From an uncultured Gammaproteobacteria bacterium (GTDB lineage Bacteria; Pseudomonadota; Gammaproteobacteria; Ga0077536): a stretch of DNA of 64,000 nucleotides. Below, in pieces: positions 52,019-60,762 of the stretch; position 1 is the first letter of the stretch; every line of letters begins with the position of its first letter. The translations under genes were made by a program, and so were the position numbers. The stretch is from assembly GCA_943787625.1 (NCBI GenBank), contig CALSND010000004.1, positions 4,401 through 68,400 on the forward strand. The letters run 5' to 3'. The notes under the pieces were generated by a model that was given only the letters and a program-made list of their open reading frames with translations, was not told the DNA's origin and did no database searches.

Positions 52019-54245
52019 TTAAAATTCTAGAGGCAAATTCCAAAATGACGTGAATTCTTTTCTAAATTTGTCGAAGCTCAAGCTCTCGTTGTACATAAGA
52101 CCCACCTCTGGGAAGAACGCAGCATTTTGCACGATATCTCGCTCTTCTGCCCACCAATCTTTAAGGTCAGATGACTCGCTGAGCCTTTTTTTGCGCAAAT
52201 CAACGCGTTTTGCGTCAGTAGACGCTTGGTCTAAAGTCCAAGTGCCATCAGAAGCTTGCTCAGCAACAACGCCATGCATTTCTTTTACGAAGTCGTAGTC
52301 AGGACAAACGCCTGAGTTTAGATCTTCGATAACTGCATTGGGATTCGCGGTCAAGTGGATCTCCCCAACCTCCAGAGGATCCGGCCGCGTCGACAAATAG
52401 ATCATTATTTTTCATGGATAGCTCTGGACAGTCCATTTTCCAAACTTGCAGATCATCAACTTTAAGTTCACCACTGTCCGTCATCTCCAATAGTTCTCGA
52501 GCATCTCTTGGGGCTAATCCTTTTTTGTTGACTTCATCTAAATTAGTGCCGCGAGCCGATATCATGAAGCTGGAAGGGCCGGGGTAAGCTCCGTTCATGC
52601 CGAGTGCGACTGAAGCAGTTGAAGAAAGCCCGCCATTGGGTCTAGTAATTCCAATATGTTTGCCGGGTTCTACGCACCAGTGAACTGCAGATTCCCCTGG
52701 GCCACCCCGATATTTGCCAGAACCAAAGTAACCTGGGAGCAATTTTCGTCCCAAATAAAACATCGGAGGCACAGTACTTTCAAATTCTTCCGCATCGCCT
52801 ATAGTCGCCATTTGAGACCAAGCAGCCCATGCTAATGGTTCACCATCTTTGAAGCACCAGGCACCTCGAGCAGATCCTCCAAGCCATTCAAAGTTCGTGA
52901 AACCATATGCAGTTCCGTCTTTCGCCGTTCCTTGCCCTTGCCAAGCTCCCCAGTTGCCGTCTATGCAGAACGCTTCCTCAAGATAGCCAAAACAGAACAT
53001 TGCGCGACTAACCGCGCCGAATCCTATGTTATTCAGAGTCACGGTCTGGGCCCATGGATTCGCGTTGCTGGTATACTCATTATCAGGGTTCAGTATTGAG
53101 CCCTTGGGATAATTTCGCTGAACTGCTAACTCTATGCCAGCGGTGACTTTTGTATTGTGAGAAAATGAATTGATCATCCCCAAAAACAACGCAGCATCGG
53201 TGGCCCCAGGGGTGGCGTTATAGGCGTGGTTCCCCCACCGAGAGGTCCCTTCTGTATCTACCATTAGCCCATTTTCATTGGGCTCGACACTGGCTCTGAT
53301 GTGGATCAGGGTATTTTTGTCGGCATGCGACCAGATTGTTTGCAGCCCTTTGTATTGCGCCATACGAAAAGCGGCCCCATTATAGGTGCCGGGCACCATT
53401 GTGGATTTCATATTATCCACAACGCGCCGTCTCGACTCTTCAACAATTTCTCTAATCGCTTGCTTATAGTAATCGAGCCCAAATTCGTCGATAAGCTTAT
53501 GTGTTGCTTCGTGGATCATGGCGCATCCGGCCAACCGCATTTTGTCGTCTAGAATGTTCATGGTCCCAGCTCGCGTTCTTCTCTCCCACATGGCCTTCCA
53601 CCAAGTTTCTTGTTTCAGTTTCCTGCCAGTGCGCATAGGAGGGACCACTAAACCATCCATGAAGGTATCAACAGAGAAGGTTGCCCAAGAGCCGGCCACA
53701 GGAGCACCGTTTTCCATAAGGTGATTGATTCCAACAGCCCACGCGACGACTTCTCCCTCGATACATATGGGGACAAAGGAATAGAAATCTCCTGGATGGG
53801 GGACTCCGCCAGTTAAGCCATCACTTACGCCGTAGACATCACCGTCTTCTATGCCATCGTTGACGTCATAATCGTTGGCTGCCATATACCGGACAGCTAC
53901 AGGAAATATGGCAGTATGCGATAGAAAACCAGTTGATACGGCTAGAGTATCGCCTTCCGCAGTCGTGATACCCCATAGGCATTCGCCCATCTCTCTAGAG
54001 CCAGGGCTGGCGGCTACGAACCTAGCTGACTCGCGGGCGCCTAAAACGGAAGAGTGGATCTTTGAGTAGAATCTTTCATATTTAATCGGGTCTGAGGCTT
54101 TTAGCGATAGTTCTTTAACCCCGTAATAGTGGCCGCTAGACTCAGTCAACTCATCTCTTTTATCTACTGCTTGCCTCAGGGTTGGTGGGCTTAACTCTGA
54201 GACCGAACCCACTTCATTGTTGATTTCTTTAGCAATTGTAGCCAT
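52019..54245 (-). pseudogene. hydantoinase B / acetone-carboxylase alpha-subunit-like protein (HyuB family), one frameshift near the 3' end (pseudogene or sequencing error)
   Basis: A 648-aa ORF (52299-54245) and a 128-aa ORF (52019-52405) overlap in different frames. Removing one base near 52343 joins ...GGWGDPLDRE|PNAVIEDLNSGVCPDYDFVKEMHGVV... The total is about 740 aa, the size of an acetone-carboxylase alpha subunit. Confidence 0.8.
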
Positions 54246-54623
54246 TAGTTAACTCCTCAGATGGTTAGCCTCGTCGAACATGCCGATTTAGCGGGGAACG
54301 CACACGTTGTATTTCCCCAGTCTATGGATAAAAAAAAATATTATCTTTGATGCCTATTTCAGATATTACATAGGTTTGCTGGATTTGTTAAATATTTTCA
54401 CCGTATTTTATGGTGCGGCGGAGCGGGTATTTTTAAGTATATGTTTTTGCGAGAAAAATTAAATTCTATAAACCTTGTATTTAATGTGGTATTGACCGAT
54501 GTGGATAATTTTGTTGTATGAAAGGACGCTCCAAATTTTCATTTAAAACGTTCGAAAAATAGCTACACTCTTGTTACAGTCAAGCAAATCAACTATTGAA
54601 AAAAGCTCTTAAGAGGTAGTGAT

Positions 54624-55647
54624 ATGAAAATTGCTTTTATGCCCGACACCCATTTTGGTGAGTACGATCAGCAGGAACCGCCCAAACCCTGATGAAGTTG
54701 CTGACGCGATGGATCATTGTATCGCTGAGGCACGTTTAGCAGAGGAGGTTGGTTTCGATGGTCTATGGGTGCCTGAGCGACACCAAAGACCAGAGACGTG
54801 GTGGCCAAATGTTACCTCGCTGCTCGCGGTTATCGCGGCGAACACAAAAACTGTCCAAATCGCCAGCACGGTAATACAACCAACTTTCCATCATCCGATA
54901 CATCTAGCTGAGGCGCTAGCAGCAGTAGATAATTTGAGCCGAGGTCGTTTTGTGTTCGGTGCAGGTGTTGGATATCACCAAGATTATTTTAAATGCTTTG
55001 GTGTGCCTTTCGAGAAACGTGGCAGGCGGTTTGAAGAGACCATGGATTGTATTGTTGGAGCTTGGACGCAAGAAGAATTCAATTATAGCGGAGAGTTCTA
55101 TAATTATGAGGGAGTGAAACTAAACCCGAAACCGTTTCAAAGGCCTCGTCCCCCTATTTGGATAGGCGCGTTTGCACCTAAAGCAATGGAGCGAGCGCTT
55201 GATTATGAAGGTTGGTGCTTATGGTTCCCGCCTCACCTCGACATATTGGCTCCCGCGGTAGCAGATATGCGTCAGAGAGCATCAGATAAAGGGAAAACTA
55301 ATTTTCAGATCACGATTGGATTTGAAGGTTGGTTAGGCGACGATCCTAAACTGAGAGAAAAACATGTGCACAGATGGGTTCGCGAGTGGAGCTTTTACGC
55401 AGATAATGGACTTTCGCCAGAAGCTGAGTCAAAGGATATGGCGGAGCAAGTAGAAAGCATGTTTGTCTGTGTGGGTAATAAACAGAAATGGATTGACAGG
55501 ATGTCAGAAATGAAAGAAAGGGTCAATCCAGATTGGCTTTGTATTAGAACTCGCAACCCTAAAAATGGATCGGAATTCTACCCATCTCGGAGCGAATGTT
55601 TAGATGTCATAGAAGCGTTTGGTGAGATACTAGACGAGTTGCGATAG
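54624..55647 (+). pseudogene. LLM-family oxidoreductase with an N-terminal frameshift (pseudogene or sequencing error)
   Basis: ATG at 54624 after AAGAGG reads MKIAFMPDTHFGEYDQQEPPKP, then TGA. The track ORF continues ...PNPDEVADAMDHCIAEARLAEEVGFDGLWVPERH. The shift lies within the CCCAAACCC tract at 54681-54689. Confidence 0.75.
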
Positions 55648-55738
55648 TGTAGAGAGGTCTTACTGGCATTCAAATAATGTCACGCGATGAGTCAAATGAA
55701 GTAAGATAACTTGGTAGTTTTTTTTAAGGAGTAGAAGT

Positions 55739-56779
55739 GTGAAGCTTGGCTTGGTTTTTGGTTATTCAGGTGCAAAGGTTCAAATTCCAATGGATTTGAT
55801 ACTTGAGGCGGAAAAAATTGGTTATGAGTCTGTTTGGAGTGCGGAAGCTTGGGGCTCAGACGCAGTAACTCCGATAGCTTGGATACTTGCCCAAACGTCA
55901 AGAATCAAAGCAGGTACCGCTATCATGCAGATGGCAGCGCGAACCCCGTCAATGACCGCAATGACTGCAATGACGCTAGATCAACTTTCTGGCGGAAGAT
56001 TCCTTCTGGGTATTGGCCCCTCTGGCCCGCAAGTTGCGGAAGGTTGGTACGGCCAGGCGTATGGGAAGCCTTTAACACGGACAAAAGAATACATTTCGAT
56101 TATTCGTAAAATCCTCGCTAGAGAAAATTCGCTAACTCACGAAGGTGAACACTATCAGATCCCTTTTGTCGGCGAGGGCAGTACGGGATTAGGTAAACCT
56201 CTCAAAAGTATATTGCATGGAAATCCTAAGCTCCCAATCTACACGGGAGTTGTGACAGAGAAAGGAGCACAGACTGCCGCTGAGGTGGCGGATGGAGCTT
56301 TTCTTGTTTGGGCTAATCCTGATAAGTTTGATTTGTTTCAACCTGCGTTGGAGCGAGGGTTCTCCAAATCCAGTGATGAAAGATCGATGGAGGATTTTGA
56401 TTTCGCTCCGTTTGTTAGGATGGTAATGGGGGATGATCTTGATGCGTGTAGACGTGAAGTTAAAAGTCAGTTCGCATTGTACGTGGGCGGGATGGGTGCG
56501 CGCGAGAAAAACTTCTACAATGACTACGCGAAGCGACTTGGATATGTTGATGCTGCGGAAGAGATTCAGGATTTATTTCTCACGGGTCAAAAGCAACAAG
56601 CTTGCGATGCCGTTCCAGATCAATTAATTGATGATTGCTGTTTGGTAGGTCCCGCTGAGCATATCAAAGAACAATTAACCCGTTGGAAAAGTGCGGGCTC
56701 GAGAGGAGAGATTGGAACAATGGTTATATCAGCTACTAAGCCCGAAGAGCTCAGGCTGGTTGCGGAGGAACTATTGTAA
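55739..56779 (+). CDS. LLM-family oxidoreductase resembling the F420-dependent Rv3520c-type subfamily
   Basis: GTG start. MKLGLVFGYSG..., SVWSAEAWGSDAVTPIAWILAQTSRIK, ARTPSMTAMTAMTLDQLSGGRFLLGIGPSGPQVAEGWYG, TGLGKPLK. This matches my recollection of that subfamily's conserved pattern. Confidence 0.8.
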   Translation: MKLGLVFGYSGAKVQIPMDLILEAEKIGYESVWSAEAWGSDAVTPIAWILAQTSRIKAGTAIMQMAARTPSMTAMTAMTLDQLSGGRFLLGIGPSGPQVAEGWYGQAYGKPLTRTKEYISIIRKILARENSLTHEGEHYQIPFVGEGSTGLGKPLKSILHGNPKLPIYTGVVTEKGAQTAAEVADGAFLVWANPDKFDLFQPALERGFSKSSDERSMEDFDFAPFVRMVMGDDLDACRREVKSQFALYVGGMGAREKNFYNDYAKRLGYVDAAEEIQDLFLTGQKQQACDAVPDQLIDDCCLVGPAEHIKEQLTRWKSAGSRGEIGTMVISATKPEELRLVAEELL

Positions 56780-56817
56780 AGTTGAGAAAAAAAGAGTAGG
56801 CGAAAGGGAGAACGTTT

Positions 56818-57684
56818 ATGAAATGGGATATAGGTGATATTAGAGTAACAAGGATTCAAGAAGTTGTGTTCCCTAAATTTTCGGATGTCATTCCGGCGGC
56901 GACTCCAGAAGTGGTTAAACAAATAAAATGGTTGTTCCCTCATTTTGTGACCGAGGACGGTCATCTAAGTTTGAGCATCCATTCTTTAATTGTCGAAACG
57001 CCACATGATAAGTTGGTAGTTGATACCTGTATTGGGGATGGTCGGTCTCGGGAGCCTTTTGAAGGTTTTCACATGTTGGCGACTAATTATATGGAAGATA
57101 TGTTAGCCGAAGGTTACCGACCTGAGGAGATAGATTACGTATTGTGTACTCACCTTCATGTCGACCACGTCGGTTGGAATACACAGCTTGTTGATGGCGA
57201 GTATATCCCTACTTTCCCAAATGCGTCTTATCTCATGGGTAAGCAGGATTTGGAGTTTTGGAGTAATATTGATCAGGCCACGGACGTCGACTTCATGAAG
57301 TTGCAGCGAACTGTGTTTGAGGAGTGTTTGAAACCGATTTTAGACGCTGGATTAGCCCGTGCTGTAGAGGCACCTGCTCCGGTTTGTGAGGGCGTCAGTC
57401 TGATTCCCACTCCGGGTCATACTCCTGGTCATTGCTCGGTTTTACTGGAATCGAATGGCTCTACCGGATTGATAACTGGAGATTTCATTCATCACCCAAT
57501 TCAGTTTCATGATGCTGCGTTAGTGAGTCCGTTTGATGTCGATAATGAACAAGCGATTGAGACTAGGAGAAAGATTTTTGGAGAATATGCCGACACACCG
57601 ACTTTGATAATTGGAACCCATTTCGCCGGTCCAACAGCGGGAAAATTGATAACCGAAAACGGAACTTATCGGCTGCAAGTTTAG
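56818..57684 (+). CDS. metallo-beta-lactamase-fold hydrolase (lactonase-like)
   Basis: HxHxDH motif in CTHLHVDHVGWN, and TPGHTPGH. 288 aa. Confidence 0.8.
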   Translation: MKWDIGDIRVTRIQEVVFPKFSDVIPAATPEVVKQIKWLFPHFVTEDGHLSLSIHSLIVETPHDKLVVDTCIGDGRSREPFEGFHMLATNYMEDMLAEGYRPEEIDYVLCTHLHVDHVGWNTQLVDGEYIPTFPNASYLMGKQDLEFWSNIDQATDVDFMKLQRTVFEECLKPILDAGLARAVEAPAPVCEGVSLIPTPGHTPGHCSVLLESNGSTGLITGDFIHHPIQFHDAALVSPFDVDNEQAIETRRKIFGEYADTPTLIIGTHFAGPTAGKLITENGTYRLQV

Positions 57685-57717
57685 CAGCCGATAAAGTTCC
57701 GAGAGAAGGGACTGTAC

Positions 57718-58809
57718 TTAAAACATGTATTGCAAGCCACTAGTGATTGAGAAGTCGGTCTCCATTTGCAGCCCGTGCAGGTTCTGAGAAATCGGTAAAC
57801 CCGCTTCTATCCCGATTCGTAGGCCTCGCGCAGGACTATTTGGTTGAGCTGCCCAGTTTAATCCGACTAATAAGGTGGTGGTTTCGCCACCATAATTCCT
57901 AGGATCGGCTGCTTGCGTTGGAAGCATGATGTTGGTGTCTATGCCCGAGATAGATCCTTGGTCAGAATATTTAATTCTTAAAGAACCGCTCAGTGCATTA
58001 ATCGGCTGATAGCTAACCCATCCAGTGAGATCGTATTTGTCTCCTCGAGTGTAGCCATTATCATCACCGAGATAGTTTGTTGCTGAATATTGGGTTCCCC
58101 ATTTGACCTTTTCCCTGGTTCCAACATAAGTCAATCCATGTAATAAGGCGTATGTTCCTGCACCAAGTTGCATCCCATACGGCAGACGGACAGTCGGGGT
58201 CATCCCCATCGGATTTAAGATGCTATCGGTTTCATTAGTTGAACCAGTTGGTAAAGACGTGCCTAGGTGGGCGTGCAGTTTGTGATGACTTGACGTGTAC
58301 AGTTTGACTAGTCCACTCACTTTGGTATCTCCCCATCCGTCCGATTTTGTGGTGAATTTGCCTCTTACTTCAGTACCCATCATGCCCTTGTAGGTAGTCA
58401 GGGTCATTTGTTTTTCTTGGTAGCTAGCCATAACCATCAACGTGAGCCAATCACTAGGCGCATACATTGCTCCGATCATATGCATATGCATTTCCATTTT
58501 CTCGGGAACAACTCTGATGTTGGCAGGCTGACCGGATGCGCCGTAAAATCGATTCGCTATTGTAGTTACAATAGTATCGTCAGAAATATTCCTGCCGTTA
58601 TATTCGTTGCCACTCATATCCATGTACATGTGCCGATAGGAAAGCATATACTCGCCTTTTTTGTGCATGTGATCCGCCATCATACCGATAGGGGCATGGG
58701 AATCGGCACGTATTCTTTTTTTGACGGGTTCATGTGCATTGACTTGGATTAGTGACATAAGTGCACACACGAGTGCGCAAGTTTGTATTAGGTAAATTGG
58801 TAGTCTCAT
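57718..58809 (-). CDS. outer-membrane beta-barrel protein with His/Met-rich segments (MetA-pathway/transporter-type barrel, tentative)
   Basis: Signal peptide ending ...IQVNA. Alternating beta-strand pattern and a C-terminal ...LQYMF. His/Met clusters: HAPIGMMADHMHKKGEYMLSYRHMYMDMSG and PEKMEMHMHMIGAMY. Confidence 0.6.
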   Translation of the reverse strand: MRLPIYLIQTCALVCALMSLIQVNAHEPVKKRIRADSHAPIGMMADHMHKKGEYMLSYRHMYMDMSGNEYNGRNISDDTIVTTIANRFYGASGQPANIRVVPEKMEMHMHMIGAMYAPSDWLTLMVMASYQEKQMTLTTYKGMMGTEVRGKFTTKSDGWGDTKVSGLVKLYTSSHHKLHAHLGTSLPTGSTNETDSILNPMGMTPTVRLPYGMQLGAGTYALLHGLTYVGTREKVKWGTQYSATNYLGDDNGYTRGDKYDLTGWVSYQPINALSGSLRIKYSDQGSISGIDTNIMLPTQAADPRNYGGETTTLLVGLNWAAQPNSPARGLRIGIEAGLPISQNLHGLQMETDFSITSGLQYMF

Positions 58810-58881
58810 CGTATTTTAACTCGCAATAATGCGAAGCACGTCGCATTGCGAGGTGCTCCTTAGTTGTAAACTGATTGTTGT

Positions 58882-59361
58882 TTAACTAAGAGTTCTTAGG
58901 GGTGGCGCTCGAGTCTGCTTTCGATTGTAAATGTTCCGATTTGAGGTGACATTTCTGTAGACAGATAATGCTTTTACAGATAGAAGACCGGATTTCCATT
59001 GAGTAAGCTCGATGTTCGCTGTGCTTGCCGAACTCTCTGACCAAAGGTGGCATGAGTCGTGAGAAGTTAAATTGTCACTGTGTCCCTGATGAGGGTTCCC
59101 TTTGGACATTTCTGGTGTTGAATGATGGCCCGTATGGCCATGGCCGACTGTTTTTTTGTGATGAGAGAGATGGGAATGGACATTAATATCAGCAGAGACT
59201 TCATCAAGGTCGAAATTATTTTGGGTAGGGCAAAGATCTAAATGCAGGCTAAAGCCACTGGTTTGCTCGACGCTGGATAACATGTATCCGACAGGAACAG
59301 CGGACCTCGTTAGGACAGCGAGAACGAGAAATACCGAAATCGTACGAAAATTGAATTTCAT
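58882..59361 (-). CDS. secreted His-rich protein (DUF2946-like, tentative), possible metal-binding
   Basis: N-terminal signal/anchor followed by AVPVGYM, ...LCP..., the His-rich core HSHLSHHKKTVGHGHTGHHSTPEMSKGNPHQGHSD, and CHLW. Confidence 0.5.
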   Translation of the reverse strand: MKFNFRTISVFLVLAVLTRSAVPVGYMLSSVEQTSGFSLHLDLCPTQNNFDLDEVSADINVHSHLSHHKKTVGHGHTGHHSTPEMSKGNPHQGHSDNLTSHDSCHLWSESSASTANIELTQWKSGLLSVKALSVYRNVTSNRNIYNRKQTRAPPLRTLS

Positions 59362-59403
59362 GATGATATGCTAACTAATAACCAACTTCAGTAAAAGATA
59401 ATT

Positions 59404-60639
59404 ATGCTGGACGCTGTAAACGTAGGAGTGGACATGGAACAGAAAGAAGTTAAGGCATTTTCTAAAGGAGCGCTGAAGGGTGTCAGGGTTATCGATTTCT
59501 CAAGATACATTGCAGGACCCTATTGTGCGAGACTGCTTGCTTATTTGGGGGCTGATGTCATCAGGGTAGAAAAACCATCAGGGGGAGAAGATCGTTTCGT
59601 GACGCCGCTTTACGGGGATACGAGTGCATTACTTTCTATGACTGGTTTGGGTAAAAGGGGTCTTACCCTAGACTTAAAGTTGCCAGATTCAAGAGTCGTT
59701 GTTGAACGGTTAGTGAAAGCTGCCGACGTAGTTATTGTTAATATGCCTGCCAAAGTGCTGAAGCGTATGGGTCTTGATTATGACAGTCTTAAATCAATTA
59801 AAAGAGACATTATCCTGACTACGCAAACATGTTTTGGCCATGATGGCCCTTGGAGTGATTGGGCAGGATTTGACGGTATCGCTCAGGTGATGTCGGGTTC
59901 TGCTTTCATGTCGGGTACCGAGGAGGAACCGCGACGATCTGCAGCCCCCTATGCTGACTACACTACGGCTGTGTTGGGAGCATTTGGAACGATGGCCGCT
60001 TTGCGTCAAAGGGACCAAGATGGAGAGGGTCAGCACGTGCAGACGTCTCTGTTGGGTTCCGCTATCGGCGTTTTTAGTAGCGCGATTATTGAGCAGGAGA
60101 CCTTAGGTACCGACCGACGCCCCGATGGCAATCGCGGTCAAACTACTGCACCCACTGATATTTTTAAAACACGCGATGGCAGTATCATTACCCAAGTCGT
60201 GGGTAATGGGTTGTTTGCTAGAATAGCCAAAGTGGTAGGCAAGCCAGAGTGGATCGACGACATACGCTTCCAGTCTGATGAATCGAGAGCAGAACATCGA
60301 AATTTTATCTGTGAAACTGTAGGTGAATGGGCAAGCAAGTTTACCACGGAGAAAGTACTTGAACAGTTGTCGGATTTAGGAGTGCCTTGTGGTCCTGTTC
60401 TTGGGGTCACTGAAGTTGCGTCTCACCCCCAGGTTGACGCAATGAGCTTCATCGAATCAATTAACCCTGTGTCGTCTGAAGGCAAGATCCATGCGACACG
60501 GGTACCTTTGGATTTTTCAAGCTATAAGTCTTCCCTTGGACAGCCGCCGAGCATAGGCGAGCATTCAGAAGAAGTCTTAAAAGAGATCGGATTCAACGAT
60601 TCTGAAATCCGGCGATTTAGAAATAGTCGTGTCATTTGA
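59404..60639 (+). CDS. family-III CoA-transferase
   Basis: LKGVRVIDFSRYIAGPYCARLLAYLGADVIRVEKP. Alternative start ATG at 59434. Confidence 0.85.
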   Translation: MLDAVNVGVDMEQKEVKAFSKGALKGVRVIDFSRYIAGPYCARLLAYLGADVIRVEKPSGGEDRFVTPLYGDTSALLSMTGLGKRGLTLDLKLPDSRVVVERLVKAADVVIVNMPAKVLKRMGLDYDSLKSIKRDIILTTQTCFGHDGPWSDWAGFDGIAQVMSGSAFMSGTEEEPRRSAAPYADYTTAVLGAFGTMAALRQRDQDGEGQHVQTSLLGSAIGVFSSAIIEQETLGTDRRPDGNRGQTTAPTDIFKTRDGSIITQVVGNGLFARIAKVVGKPEWIDDIRFQSDESRAEHRNFICETVGEWASKFTTEKVLEQLSDLGVPCGPVLGVTEVASHPQVDAMSFIESINPVSSEGKIHATRVPLDFSSYKSSLGQPPSIGEHSEEVLKEIGFNDSEIRRFRNSRVI

Positions 60640-60762
60640 GTTTATATGTCCGATGAGCGCATAATATCCTTTTTGGGGAGTTGCATTATTACGCTGATAA
60701 TTTATAGCGTTTTCCCTCGCGATTATAATGTTGTTAACCACTCACTTTGAGAGAATAAATTT

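Noticed and set aside
54246-54623. A sigma-54 (-24 GG / -12 GC) promoter upstream of the acetone-carboxylase-like operon, as in characterised acx systems.
   Set aside because: I found no TGGCAC-N5-TTGC-like element with correct spacing on the minus strand, and no sigma-54 activator gene is present in the window.
55948-55977. Three tandem 9-bp units (atgaccgca atgactgca atgacgcta).
   Set aside because: They encode MTAMTAMTL within the conserved ARTP..MTAMT..LD.LSGGR block of this LLM subfamily. This is a protein-level feature, not a repeat element.
58810-58881. Imperfect hairpin (CTCGCAAT..TGCGA / TCGCA..ATTGCGAG) between the His-rich protein gene and the outer-membrane-protein gene. It could be an attenuator or a processing site.
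   Set aside because: The stem is bulged, there is no U-tract, and I have no conservation information. It is too weak to call.
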